From an uncultured Gammaproteobacteria bacterium (GTDB lineage: Bacteria > Pseudomonadota > Gammaproteobacteria > UBA6002): 64,000 nt of DNA. A program made the translations under genes and the position numbers. Numbering within the stretch: position 1 is the first letter of the stretch; every line of letters begins with the position of its first letter. This document shows positions 10,748-20,229 of this stretch, piece by piece. Below the pieces are notes generated by a model. It searched no databases. It saw nothing but the letters and a program-made list of their open reading frames with translations, and was not told where the DNA came from. The stretch is from contig CAVPKM010000013.1 of assembly GCA_963705725.1 (NCBI GenBank), positions 128,001 to 192,000 on the forward strand, read 5' to 3'.

Positions 10748-11296
10748 ATGGATTTCAGGAAGAATGCCGTGAAAAAAACAAGCAACTATACCTCAACCGC
10801 TAAAATTTTCCATTGGCTAATTGCGTTTTTTGTTATTACATTGCTTGTTTTAGGCTGGTACATGACCAGCATCAAACCGCAGTCAGCTAGTCATTGGTAC
10901 GTGGACCTTCATAAATCTCTCGGCCTTCTCGTAGGCATATTAATTCTACTCAGAATAATTTGGCGCTTAACTCACCCTCCCGCTTCACTGCCAGCAAGCG
11001 TCTCCTTATTGGAAAGAAAGGCCTCCCGTTTAACTCATTTGTTGCTGTATTTTCTATTGTTCTTAATGCCATTTACTGGCTTCATGGGTTCCTCGTTTGG
11101 TAAATTTGGGGTTGCTTTCTTTGGTTACAAGTTACCGATGTGGGCACAGCCTAATTCAATTATTTCAGAACCTTTGTTTTCATCCCATAATTTTTTGGCT
11201 TATGTACTTGCAGGTTTGATTGTTATCCATATTTTGGCAGCGTTAAAACATCTGTTTATTAACAAAGATCAGATATTTCAGCGCATGTGGTGGTAG
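10748..11296 (+). CDS. Cytochrome b561 (CybB/YceJ family); real start may be GTG 10769
   Basis: FHWL, LHKSLG, THLLLY, HILAALKH heme-ligand pattern; C-terminal QRM. Confidence 0.92.
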   Translation: MDFRKNAVKKTSNYTSTAKIFHWLIAFFVITLLVLGWYMTSIKPQSASHWYVDLHKSLGLLVGILILLRIIWRLTHPPASLPASVSLLERKASRLTHLLLYFLLFLMPFTGFMGSSFGKFGVAFFGYKLPMWAQPNSIISEPLFSSHNFLAYVLAGLIVIHILAALKHLFINKDQIFQRMWW

Positions 11297-11312
11297 AAGT
11301 TGGAGCGTTCTG

Positions 11313-11329
11313 ATTGAAAAAATGCAGAG
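11313..11329 (+). repeat. Left copy of island-bounding direct repeat
   Basis: ATTGAAAAAATGCAGAG; recurs at 16241-16258 with one more A. Confidence 0.7.
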
Positions 11330-11398
11330 CGTGAGGGGTATTGACCTCGTATGGTTAAGAGGATCCATTTCGAGAGTTGTGCTATCAATAGCAAAAGA

Positions 11399-11617
11399 TT
11401 AATCTTTCTTCGCTAGAGACTCAATTTCAGCTATTGATAATTGAGTTATTTCAGCTATGGTTTCTATTTCAAACTGTTTATTTTGCAGCATTCGTAATGC
11501 GGTTTCTTGTAAGGCTTTTTGTGTGCCTTGCTGTAGCCCTTGTTTAAACCCTAGTTCAAACCCTAGCATAAACCCCTGTTCAAACCCTTGCTGTATATCT
11601 TGTTGCCTCAAAGTCAT
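11399..11617 (-). CDS. Putative internally translated small Rpn protein (RpnS-like), 72 aa
   Basis: GAGGAGG 5 nt before the in-frame ATG of MTLRQQDIQQG. Confidence 0.6.
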   Translation of the reverse strand: MTLRQQDIQQGFEQGFMLGFELGFKQGLQQGTQKALQETALRMLQNKQFEIETIAEITQLSIAEIESLAKKD

Positions 11618-12022
11618 GACTTCCTCCTCTACTTCTTTTGAAAACTTTTGGTGTAAAAATGGCCAAAATTTAGATGAATGGCTTAAATTTCCCTCAGAAT
11701 AGAGATAATATAACAAATCTACTACCTCATCTCTATAACCCTGTTCTTCTAATGCTTGAAGCAAGACAACTAAGTCGGATTCTAAATAATCTGATAAGTT
11801 TTTGTCATAAATATGTTTCAAGCTTAGTAATAACACTAGCGCTTGGATGCCTCCCTGAAGCTGAACCCTTAGCGCTTCATCAGGTAGCGCAGCTAAATCA
11901 ATCAGCTGGGTCGGAGAATTAAATAATTTATCAAACAATGGCTTGGCAGCTTCAGGCTCTTATGGCTTCGAGGCATTAGAAATCACTAAGGGATAAACAA
12001 AAGGAATTTTGGCAGATTTTCC
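11399..12022 (-). pseudogene. 5'-truncated Rpn-family (PD-(D/E)XK nuclease) gene copy
   Basis: Near-identical to the 3' two-thirds of 14953-15945; 30-bp internal deletion near 11960; cut at 12022 by an IS end. Confidence 0.9.
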
Positions 12023-13487
12023 CCTACATTCCTGCGATCTCCATTAAGAAATTCCATATATTTGTAGAGCGAATCCACCAAATAACTTAATAATTAATTC
12101 TGTCAGATTTGTTAACACTTCTTTTGTCGGCCTAGGCTGATTATCTTTATAAAATCGAACAACGCCTATTCCTTCCATAATATGATAAATCCAACTTCTT
12201 TCTCATTACGTTTAATCTCGCTCTGAACTTGGTGACCGATGATTTCTCCTTTTTCTTCTTTCTTCGGTCGTCCAAATTTCTTATGTTTTACAACAGGAAT
12301 AATTTTTAGCTCTGTTTGATGATAAGGAAATTTTTTTGTGATTTTATTGCTTGATTTTATCGCATCTGCTTCACATAAAAATACCTCATTACCTAAATGC
12401 CATAACGCTTTCTTTAATATGTCATCTTGTTTTTTTAGCTTCTTATCAAATGTTTTCTTCTCTCTATGATAGGATTGCTCTGAATAAATTAATAACCATC
12501 TCTGCTTGACTTCTCCATAATTTGAATAAAACTCGGCTGTTTTATAGCCTTTTTCTTGTTCTTTCCACTTAATTTCTTGATCCTCTTTTTCAATTAATTC
12601 TCGTGCTTCTTTTATTGTTTCAGGCACTCGACTTACCCATAAATACTCTGATTGCTTCAATAATTTCTCTTTGCTGTATAAGGCTGAGTCTGCAACCCAT
12701 TTAAATTCCGGACATCCCTGTAATTGTTTCTGAAATGACCGGACTTTCTTTATCGTTTCATGAAATGCTTGCTTGTCCGAGCTATTTCCATCTTGTGGCT
12801 CCATCCATATAGGAATCGCGCCAGAGCCACTGACCACTAATGACATCACAACTTGCTTTAAATCGGACGATGATCTTTTGAATGGCCATGCGTTATTTTA
12901 ATTACATTCTCTTGCGCCTTTTTTCCATATTCTCCTTCTATGGATAAGCTGGTACTATCCAAATGCGCTAATTCACCTAATAAATTATTTTCCAAAGCAA
13001 TTTCAAATGCTATTTCTCCAAATAGTTTACTCGCATCGTATCGATAGATTTCATCTAATGCTTTCCCCAGTGCATTATCATCTAAATGATGAGAGTGGAT
13101 GCCTTGTCCTAATAACTGCTCTACTGGTTGCTCTCAAAAAACTGCGGCGTTAAATATAGCCTGCCGTTTGTGAATCCAAGGCCATTGAGTATCAGCGCCA
13201 CCGCCGCCATCCCCGTACTGACTATCCGACGAGGATCTTTTTTTCCCATCCGCTTATCTATTTTCCCTATTATTCTTATATCCTTACAGATGCCCGCAAT
13301 TAAACCATGGTGATCCATGGATAACTTTTAATCTCTTCGTCTCCCTAGTTCCATTTAAAATCTCATCCTTTGATTTGAAATGAAAATATTCTATCACTTT
13401 TTAAAATTCCTTAATTTCAATTAGATCGTTTGTGAAATTTGGCAACTTAAATTTAAATTTTCTGGGCTAAGATCACAGGAATGTAGG
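12023..13487 (-). mobile_element. IS1634-family element, decayed (frameshifted and internally deleted transposase)
   Basis: Terminal IRs CCTACATTCCTGCGATCT / AGATCACAGGAATGTAGG (17/18); fragments DHHGLIAG, LILNGLGF, DGNSSDK, VADSALYS, SRVPET, QRWLLIYSE; no target duplication. Confidence 0.88.
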
Positions 13488-13549
13488 TTATAATATTGGT
13501 CGAGCACTCCTGGTTAGCCAAGTGCACTGAAAGGGCTGATGATTAGCGG

Positions 13550-13729
13550 ATACGATTGAACCTATCATTGGGCATTTGAAGGAAGATCATAGGCTAAGTC
13601 ACAATTATTTGTTTGGCAAAATTGGAGATAAAATTATCAATTTTGCCCGGCGCTTTCAATCTTAGAAAAATTATGAAGTTAATGACAACCGAGGAGCCTT
13701 GTTTGGCTTGAATATTTCAGGGCAGATTA
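13550..13729 (+). mobile_element. IS5-family transposase C-terminal remnant
   Basis: Translates as IEPIIGHLKEDHRLSHNYLFGKIGDKI, then FNLRKI. Confidence 0.75.
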
Positions 13730-13881
13730 TTTAAACTTAAAAAAAGCCTTCTTGAGAGAAAGTCAACCTCTAAGTTCTACTCCCTGTAATGAAAAAATAT
13801 TGAAATTTGAGATTATCGCTTTATTTTTATGAATTTTAATTATAGAATAGAAACTTATTAACTATTTATCTGGAGAGCTTA

Positions 13882-14739
13882 ATGTATTCAAAGTTTGAGT
13901 CAGGAGATGGTAGAAATTCTACCAATGAAACATCTTTGCCAGAAAATCGGCATCTAGTAGAAGAACAAGCAGATGCTAAAGCAGAGGAAGTCACAGTAAA
14001 TCATTCTGACGCAGAAATCAAAAAGAAACATGGATTGGAAGATATTTATAATAATACAACAGCGACGCTTATCGGTAGTTGGCAGGTGTCTTTAGAGAAC
14101 ACACCTGTGCGAGAAGAGAAGTTAATACGACTATCGTCTAGCAATCCTGATTCAGATTGCCATGCCAAAAAGAGTCTCAGTTTGAAAGATATTTATAATA
14201 ATACAACAGCGACCCTTATCGATAGTTGGCAGGTGTCTTTAGAGAACACACCTGTGCGAGAAGAGAAGTTAATACGAGCATCGTCCAGCAATCCCGATTC
14301 AGATTCCCACGTCAAAAAGAGTCTCAGTTTGAAAGATATTTATAATAATACAACAGCGACCCTTATCGATAGTTGGCAGGTGTCTGAGAACACACCTGTG
14401 CGAGAAGAGAAGTTAATACGAGCATCGTCCAGCAATCTCGATTCAGATTCCCACGCCAAAAAGAGTCTCAGTTTGAAAGATATTTATAATAATACAACAG
14501 CGACCCTTATCGATAGTTGGCAGGTGTCTTTAGAGAACACACCTGTGCGAGAAGAGAAGTTAATACAAGCATCGTCCAGCAATCCTGATTCAGATTCCCA
14601 CGCCAAAAAGAGTCTCAGTTTGAAAGATATTTATAGTAATACAACAGCGACCCTTATCGGTAGTTGGCAGGTATCTTTAGAGAACACACCTGTGCGAGAA
14701 GAAGAGAAATTAACAATAATACCATCATCTAGATTCTGA
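13882..14739 (+). CDS. Hypothetical protein made largely of 49-aa tandem repeats; candidate secreted effector
   Basis: GGAG RBS, intact ORF; repeat indels preserve the frame. Confidence 0.7.
   Translation: MYSKFESGDGRNSTNETSLPENRHLVEEQADAKAEEVTVNHSDAEIKKKHGLEDIYNNTTATLIGSWQVSLENTPVREEKLIRLSSSNPDSDCHAKKSLSLKDIYNNTTATLIDSWQVSLENTPVREEKLIRASSSNPDSDSHVKKSLSLKDIYNNTTATLIDSWQVSENTPVREEKLIRASSSNLDSDSHAKKSLSLKDIYNNTTATLIDSWQVSLENTPVREEKLIQASSSNPDSDSHAKKSLSLKDIYSNTTATLIGSWQVSLENTPVREEEKLTIIPSSRF
14035..14720 (+). repeat. 147-bp tandem repeat, about 4.6 units
   Basis: GATATTTAT anchors at 14041, 14188, 14335, 14479, 14626 (periods 147, 147, 144, 147). Confidence 0.97.
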
Positions 14740-14772
14740 TTCAGTTAGGTATGTAATCGCTTGGTGTTAACA

Positions 14773-14943
14773 GAATATGCTGTTTTAGTCACCAATCTTG
14801 ATTCTGAAATTATTACCATAGGATCGCATTATCGCGACCGAGCGGATAGTGAAAATAATTTTGATGAATTAAAAAATCAGTGGGGATAGTCTGGTTATAC
14901 AACGAATGATTTGCCTCGTCGCCGTTTAATGGCACGTATCATT
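14773..14943 (+). mobile_element. IS1380-family transposase fragment
   Basis: EYAVLVTNL...HYRDRADSENNFDELKNQWG*SGYTT, with an in-frame stop. Confidence 0.75.
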
Positions 14944-14952
14944 CAATAGCAA

Positions 14953-15138
14953 TTAATTTTCTTTCTTCGCTAGAGACTCAATTTCAGCTATTGATAATTG
15001 AGTTATTTTAGCGATGGTTTCTATTTCAAACTGTTTACTTTGCAGCATTCGTAATGCGGTTTCTTGTAAGGCTTTTTGCGTGCCTTGCTGTAACCCTCGC
15101 TGCTCCCCTTGCTGTATATCTTGTTGCCTCAAAGTCAT
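14953..15138 (-). CDS. Putative internally translated RpnS-like protein, 61 aa
   Basis: GAGGAGG-AAGTC-ATG inside the rpn frame. Confidence 0.6.
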   Translation of the reverse strand: MTLRQQDIQQGEQRGLQQGTQKALQETALRMLQSKQFEIETIAKITQLSIAEIESLAKKEN

Positions 15139-15945
15139 GACTTCCTCCTCTACTTCTTTTGAAAACTTTCTGTGTAAAAATGGCCAAAATTTAGATGAAT
15201 GGCTTAAATTTCCCTCAGAATAGAGATAATATAACAAATCTACTACCTCATCTCTATAACCCTGTTCTTCTAATGCTTGAAGCAAGACAACTAAGTCGGA
15301 TTCTAAATAATCTGATAAGTTTTTGTCATAAATATGTTTCAAGCTTAGTAATAACACTAGCGCTTGGATGCCTCCCTGAAGCTGAACCCTTAGCGCTTCA
15401 TCAGGTAGCGCAGCTAAATCAATCAGCTGGGTCGGAGAATTAAATAATTTATCAAACAATGGCTTGGCAGCTTCAGGCTCTACCATATCTCGAAGGGTTA
15501 ACGAATGCCGATATGGCCTCGAGGCATTAGAAATCACCAAGGGATAAACAAAAGGAATTTTGGCAGATTTGCCCCGAGTTTTTGAAGCTTTTCGTACATG
15601 ATCCCAGATCACCCCCAGATAACAAAATAAACGAAGCGGCATCCAGGCATCGGGCTGTCTTTGCTGCTCGATCAGCACCCAGATATGGCAATCTTCCTGC
15701 GTTAATTTACAACGGGTTTTAAACAAAATGTCGACTTCTAGGAAGCGATGTTCGGCATCGACAAAAGAATCTGATTGTCGCTCTAAGTGATTCAAGTCAA
15801 CGAAATTTTTTACCTCTTCAGGTAAGTAAGCTTCAAGAATTTCACGAGTTGTGACAATATTGGAGAGGAGTCGCTTGAGTAGTTTATCATGCGGTTGATT
15901 AATTTTTGAGGTAGGGTTAAGTTCAATTGCATCCTTAATTGCCAT
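14953..15945 (-). CDS. Rpn family recombination-promoting nuclease/putative transposase (YhgA-like)
   Basis: PHDKLLK, SFVD...VDILF, LIEQQ, PLRL, C-terminal QQG repeats and IAKITQLS tail. Confidence 0.93.
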   Translation of the reverse strand: MAIKDAIELNPTSKINQPHDKLLKRLLSNIVTTREILEAYLPEEVKNFVDLNHLERQSDSFVDAEHRFLEVDILFKTRCKLTQEDCHIWVLIEQQRQPDAWMPLRLFCYLGVIWDHVRKASKTRGKSAKIPFVYPLVISNASRPYRHSLTLRDMVEPEAAKPLFDKLFNSPTQLIDLAALPDEALRVQLQGGIQALVLLLSLKHIYDKNLSDYLESDLVVLLQALEEQGYRDEVVDLLYYLYSEGNLSHSSKFWPFLHRKFSKEVEEEVMTLRQQDIQQGEQRGLQQGTQKALQETALRMLQSKQFEIETIAKITQLSIAEIESLAKKEN

Positions 15946-16114
15946 TAGCTATTCAGCACAGGGTTGAGACCTCCATATTTTGCCATCTTCGAACAAAAAA
16001 TTTAATTAAAACTGCTCACATACTTCAGTATGCTCCGCTTTTTAATTAAATTGTTTGTCCGAATCTGGCTAAAATCTGAACGTTTAGCGACTTCTAGCAT
16101 TGTGCTGAATAGTA
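15946..16114. mobile_element. Palindromic MITE-like element, copy 1
   Basis: Ends TAGCTATTCAGCACA / TGTGCTGAATAGTA, internal dyad symmetry; second copy in reverse orientation at 43270-43441. Confidence 0.85.
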
Positions 16115-16240
16115 CGACTGACATTTTATTTCTTCTTATAACAAATAAGTAATTGAACTTATTATTGTACCTCCACTGATATGGTAAACAACCCCGTGTT
16201 TTTAAAGCACCCCACCTTTATTCTTTACCATGAGCCGTAA

Positions 16241-16258
16241 ATTGAAAAAAATGCAGAG
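16241..16258 (+). repeat. Right copy of island-bounding direct repeat
   Basis: ATTGAAAAAAATGCAGAG, 4 nt from the corC-like stop codon. Confidence 0.7.
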
Positions 16259-16262
16259 AAAG

Positions 16263-17534
16263 TTAATGCTGTAGAGAGAGGGAGCTAGGAGGGAGAATTT
16301 TAACAGTTTTAATGAAATTTCCTTCAATGACAGTAATTTCTAAATGATAGCCCTCTATTTTTAAACAAAGTGGCGTGCTGGGAATGGTTTGTAAATATTC
16401 CAAGATAAGCCCATTTAGGGTCTTGGGGCCTGTTATTGGGAGATTCCAATTTAATATTTTATTCAGTTCTCGAATGGTAATGCTGCCATCAACCAAGTAA
16501 GAGCCATCGCCTTGCGGTAGAATTTCTTCGTTTGGGGTGGATAAGTTCGTGGTGAATTGGCCAACAATTTCTTCTAAAATATCTTCGAGCGTTGCTAATC
16601 CAAGTATGTCACCATATTCATCAACAACGAGGCCAATACGTATTTTTTGTTGTTGAAAATGAAAAAGTTGGTCATTTAACGGTGTTCCTTCAGGGATAAA
16701 ATACGCTTGATCTGCGGTCTCAATTAGCGTTTTTTTGGAAAGTTTATTTTCAGCAAATAAATGCAACACTTTTCTGACGTGCAAAATTCCAACTACGTCA
16801 TCAATTTTTCCATGGTAGATAGGGATACGCGTATGCTCGCACCTTTGCAAATGCGCGAGGATATTTTCCCAGTCATCATCCAAATCCAGGCCATTAATCT
16901 CATTGCGTGGAATCATAATATCTTCGATCGTCGCTTTTCCTAAGTCTAATATGCCAAGTAACATGGCTTGATATCGACCGGCAGATTTTCCTACCGCTTC
17001 GTAAACCACAGTGCGAAGTTCATCATGAGATAACACATCGAATTCATTTTTTTTATTGACTCGTAAAATTCGTAGTAAGTTATTGGCAATACCACTTGCG
17101 AACCAGACGAGAGGGTATAGTGCGCGTAGAAGAAATGTGAGAGGCAATGAAACAAAGAAGGAAGTGCGCTCAGGATAAAGTGCGGCTAAAATTTTTGGGG
17201 TAATTTCAGAAAAAATAAGAATCACAAGGGTAAGCGTGAGGGTTGTGGCGGTGACACCAAAATTTGGCCAGTACTCAACCGCAAGTAGCGTGGCTACCGC
17301 TGAAGCGAAGACATTGCCAAAGGTATTTCCAATTAGGATCACCCCAAGCAAGCGGTCTGGTCTGTCTAAGAGTTTGCTGACTCTTTCTGCGGCAGGATTA
17401 CCCTTTCGCGCTAAATGCCGCAGACGATAGCGATTAATTGCCATAATGCCGGTTTCTGCACTAGAAAAAAAAGCGGAAAAAACAATCAAGCAAAATAATA
17501 TGATGATTAAAATATGAAACGAAAACGAATTCAA
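16263..17534 (-). CDS. HlyC/CorC (CNNM-CBS-CorC) family transporter, YfjD-like
   Basis: SAFFSSAETG, FSEITPK, CBS pair (VVDEYGD, TLEDILEEIVG); probable TTG start overlapping the upstream stop. Confidence 0.93.
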   Translation of the reverse strand: MNSFSFHILIIILFCLIVFSAFFSSAETGIMAINRYRLRHLARKGNPAAERVSKLLDRPDRLLGVILIGNTFGNVFASAVATLLAVEYWPNFGVTATTLTLTLVILIFSEITPKILAALYPERTSFFVSLPLTFLLRALYPLVWFASGIANNLLRILRVNKKNEFDVLSHDELRTVVYEAVGKSAGRYQAMLLGILDLGKATIEDIMIPRNEINGLDLDDDWENILAHLQRCEHTRIPIYHGKIDDVVGILHVRKVLHLFAENKLSKKTLIETADQAYFIPEGTPLNDQLFHFQQQKIRIGLVVDEYGDILGLATLEDILEEIVGQFTTNLSTPNEEILPQGDGSYLVDGSITIRELNKILNWNLPITGPKTLNGLILEYLQTIPSTPLCLKIEGYHLEITVIEGNFIKTVKILPPSSLSLQH

Positions 17535-18328
17535 GGCTGTAATCTCGTCATAAGTAAGCCGCCATAATAAAGAATAGAAAGCAAGAAGACGCCTCCCAGT
17601 GTGCAATAGACCGCTTTTTTACCACGCCAACCAAAATATTGTCGTCCAAGTAAGAGGAAGGTAAAGATCAGCCAAGCAACCAAGGTGATGATGGTTTTTT
17701 GTAAAAAATGATTCAACAAAATAGAATGGAAAAAGTATAAGCTCGTTCCAATTAACCCACTCAATAGTATTACACCCACGAATAAAAGTTGAAAAAGAAT
17801 TTTTTCCATGGTTTCAAGCGGAGGCAAAATATTGATCGCTTCAAGATGTTTTAATTTCAATAATTTTTCTTGCAGGGCGAGAGTCAATGCTTGGATTGCA
17901 GCAATTGACAGTACACTGAAGGTGAATACTGATAGCAGTATGTGTAAAAATTGACTTGGATGATTTCCAGTTTGCAGAATATAGCGAGCATGAGAATGAA
18001 TAGCTAAAAAAATCGAGGCTGCTGCAAACGGGAAAATTAAAATTTGCAGATAGGCAACGGGTTGAACAGCCGCCAAAGGGATAATAATCATGACAATTAG
18101 CCAGCTAGCTAGTGAAAGCAAGTTGATTTCAGTCAGATTTTGTCCTGACGATAGATCAATTAGGCTATAAAGCAGGTAGCCATGTAAGAGGGCAGCAAGG
18201 CAGCCACAGGAAATTGCTAAGAAACCAAGTGTTTGACCAAACAACCGCTGGTCTTGTTTGTTCTTAAGGGAAAGCACCTGTAGGCTGGTGCCTGCCGAAT
18301 AAAAAATAGCTGTTAGGAGATTTAGCAT
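17531..18328 (-). CDS. ypjD: Inner membrane protein, YpjD/CcsA family
   Basis: Multi-TM, LPPLETMEKILF, GWRGKKA; divergent from ffh as in other gammaproteobacteria. Confidence 0.88.
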   Translation of the reverse strand: MLNLLTAIFYSAGTSLQVLSLKNKQDQRLFGQTLGFLAISCGCLAALLHGYLLYSLIDLSSGQNLTEINLLSLASWLIVMIIIPLAAVQPVAYLQILIFPFAAASIFLAIHSHARYILQTGNHPSQFLHILLSVFTFSVLSIAAIQALTLALQEKLLKLKHLEAINILPPLETMEKILFQLLFVGVILLSGLIGTSLYFFHSILLNHFLQKTIITLVAWLIFTFLLLGRQYFGWRGKKAVYCTLGGVFLLSILYYGGLLMTRLQP

Positions 18329-18446
18329 CTTCGTAAATAAATTTTTAAAGGAGTATTATAACCGTTATCGGTAAAATTTTGTACTGCTAAGAGAAATAGG
18401 TATAATTTAGACAAAGTTATTAAAGTTATTATTGAAGGGTTTATTT

Positions 18447-19808
18447 ATGTTTACTACATTAACGGGGCGGCTAACGCAGGCAATCGAGAATTTAACTGGT
18501 CGAGGACGCCTGACTGAAAATAATATTCGCGATACCTTGCGTGAAATCCGAATGGCCTTCCTTGAGGCAGATGTTGCCTTGCCTGTTGTTAAGTCATTTA
18601 TTGAGTCTTTGCAAGAAAAAGCTTTAGGTCAGCAAGTATTGCAAAGCTTAACCCCAGGCGATACCTTGATTAAAATTGTTCATGATGAACTCACCTCCGT
18701 GCTTGGCAGTGAAAGTTCAGCATTAAATTTGCAAACTCAGCCTCCTGCAGTCATTTTGGTTGCCGGCTTGCAAGGATCAGGAAAAACCACCACAGTAGGC
18801 AAGCTCGCCAACTGGTTGCAACAAGAACAAAAAAAGTCGGTGCTTGTTGCAAGCGTTGACGTTTATCGCCCTGCTGCTATCTTGCAGTTAGAAACACTAG
18901 CTGGATTGGTTAAGGCGACTTATTTCCCAAGTCAAGTTGGGCAAGATCCAGTAACCATTGCAAGAGAAGCCATAGCAAAAGCAAAAACACAATTTATAGA
19001 CGTTGTCATCATCGATAGTGCAGGAAGATTGCATATTGATAATGAAATGATGGATGAAATTAAACGAATTTACGAAGCAATACAGCCGATTGAAACGCTT
19101 TTTGTTGTAGACAGCATGACTGGACAAGATGCTGCAAACACGGCTAAAGCCTTTCATGAAGCTTTGCCCCTAACAGGGATTGTGTTGACGAAAACAGACG
19201 GAGATGCAAGAGGTGGTGCGGCCTTATCTATTCGTCAGATTACCGGTAAGCCGATTAAATTTATCGGCGTGGGTGAAAAAATTGATGCGTTAGAGATTTT
19301 TCATCCCGAACGGATCGCTTCTCGTATTTTAGGAATGGGAGATATTCTCTCCTTAGTGGAAGAGGCGCAGCGTAAAGTTGATAAAGCTCATGCCGAGAAG
19401 ATTGCTAAAAAATTAAAGAAGGGTAAAAGCTTCGATTTAGAAGATTTTCGCAATCAATTACAGCAGATGCGTAATATGGGCGGAGTGGCGAGTCTTATTG
19501 GAAAAATTCCGGGAATGAGTCAACTGCCGGCGACTGCAAAAGCAAGCCTTGATGAAAAAAAGTTTATGAAAATGGAAGCGATTATCAATTCCATGACATC
19601 AAAAGAACGGCGCTATCCAGCGCTGATTAAAGGATCTCAAAAACGTCGGATTGCGCTGGGTTCTGGCACACAAGTTCAAGATGTAAATTGGCTGCTTAAA
19701 CAATTTCTGCAAATGCAGAAAATGCTGAAAAAACTAAAAGGCGGTGGAATGATGAAGATGATGCAACGCCTGCAGAACCTTATGCCGGGTGATTTGCCTC
19801 CGGTATAA
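18447..19808 (+). CDS. ffh: Signal recognition particle protein
   Basis: GLQGSGKTT, DSAGR, TKTDGDARGG, Met-rich M domain. Confidence 0.98.
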   Translation: MFTTLTGRLTQAIENLTGRGRLTENNIRDTLREIRMAFLEADVALPVVKSFIESLQEKALGQQVLQSLTPGDTLIKIVHDELTSVLGSESSALNLQTQPPAVILVAGLQGSGKTTTVGKLANWLQQEQKKSVLVASVDVYRPAAILQLETLAGLVKATYFPSQVGQDPVTIAREAIAKAKTQFIDVVIIDSAGRLHIDNEMMDEIKRIYEAIQPIETLFVVDSMTGQDAANTAKAFHEALPLTGIVLTKTDGDARGGAALSIRQITGKPIKFIGVGEKIDALEIFHPERIASRILGMGDILSLVEEAQRKVDKAHAEKIAKKLKKGKSFDLEDFRNQLQQMRNMGGVASLIGKIPGMSQLPATAKASLDEKKFMKMEAIINSMTSKERRYPALIKGSQKRRIALGSGTQVQDVNWLLKQFLQMQKMLKKLKGGGMMKMMQRLQNLMPGDLPPV

Positions 19809-19899
19809 CGATTTACGTATATTTTGTGTTTACTCTTTTTTGGATTTTTCATACAATCATGAGTTTGGCTAAAAAGTATTAGAGAGGAAGTATTAAACA

Positions 19900-20229
19900 A
19901 TGGTAGTAATTCGTTTAGCTCGAGGAGGCGCTAAGAAGCGTCCTTTTTACAGCATAGTTGTTGCTGATAGCCGTGAAGCACGTGATGGTCGCTATATTGA
20001 GCGTGTGGGATATTATAATCCTATTGCACGTGGAGGCGAAAAAGAACACAGGCTAGTGTTTAAACCAGATCGCATGGACTATTGGACATCGCAAGGCGCG
20101 CAACCTTCTGATCGTGTTGATCGCTTATTTAAAGAATATCAGACGAAGGTTGTACCTCAAGCTGCTCAGGCGCAAGAAGAGAACAAAAAAAAGCAGCCTA
20201 ATAAAGCGGCAAGCCATTCTGAAGCTTAA
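19900..20229 (+). CDS. rpsP: 30S ribosomal protein S16
   Basis: [17 protein letters not shown]. Confidence 0.98.
   Translation: MVVIRLARGGAKKRPFYSIVVADSREARDGRYIERVGYYNPIARGGEKEHRLVFKPDRMDYWTSQGAQPSDRVDRLFKEYQTKVVPQAAQAQEENKKKQPNKAASHSEA

Noticed and set aside
14080-14680. LIR (W-x-x-L/I/V) autophagy motif in the repeat protein
   Set aside because: The sequence is W-Q-V-S, so position 4 does not fit the consensus
14035-14720. 147-bp repeats as a CRISPR array
   Set aside because: No unique spacers, the units are in-frame coding sequence, and there are no cas genes
16181-16232. GTAAACAACCCC motif and hairpin resembling an IS200/605 (IscB/TnpB) end
   Set aside because: Short, weak match with no associated nuclease or Y1 transposase gene
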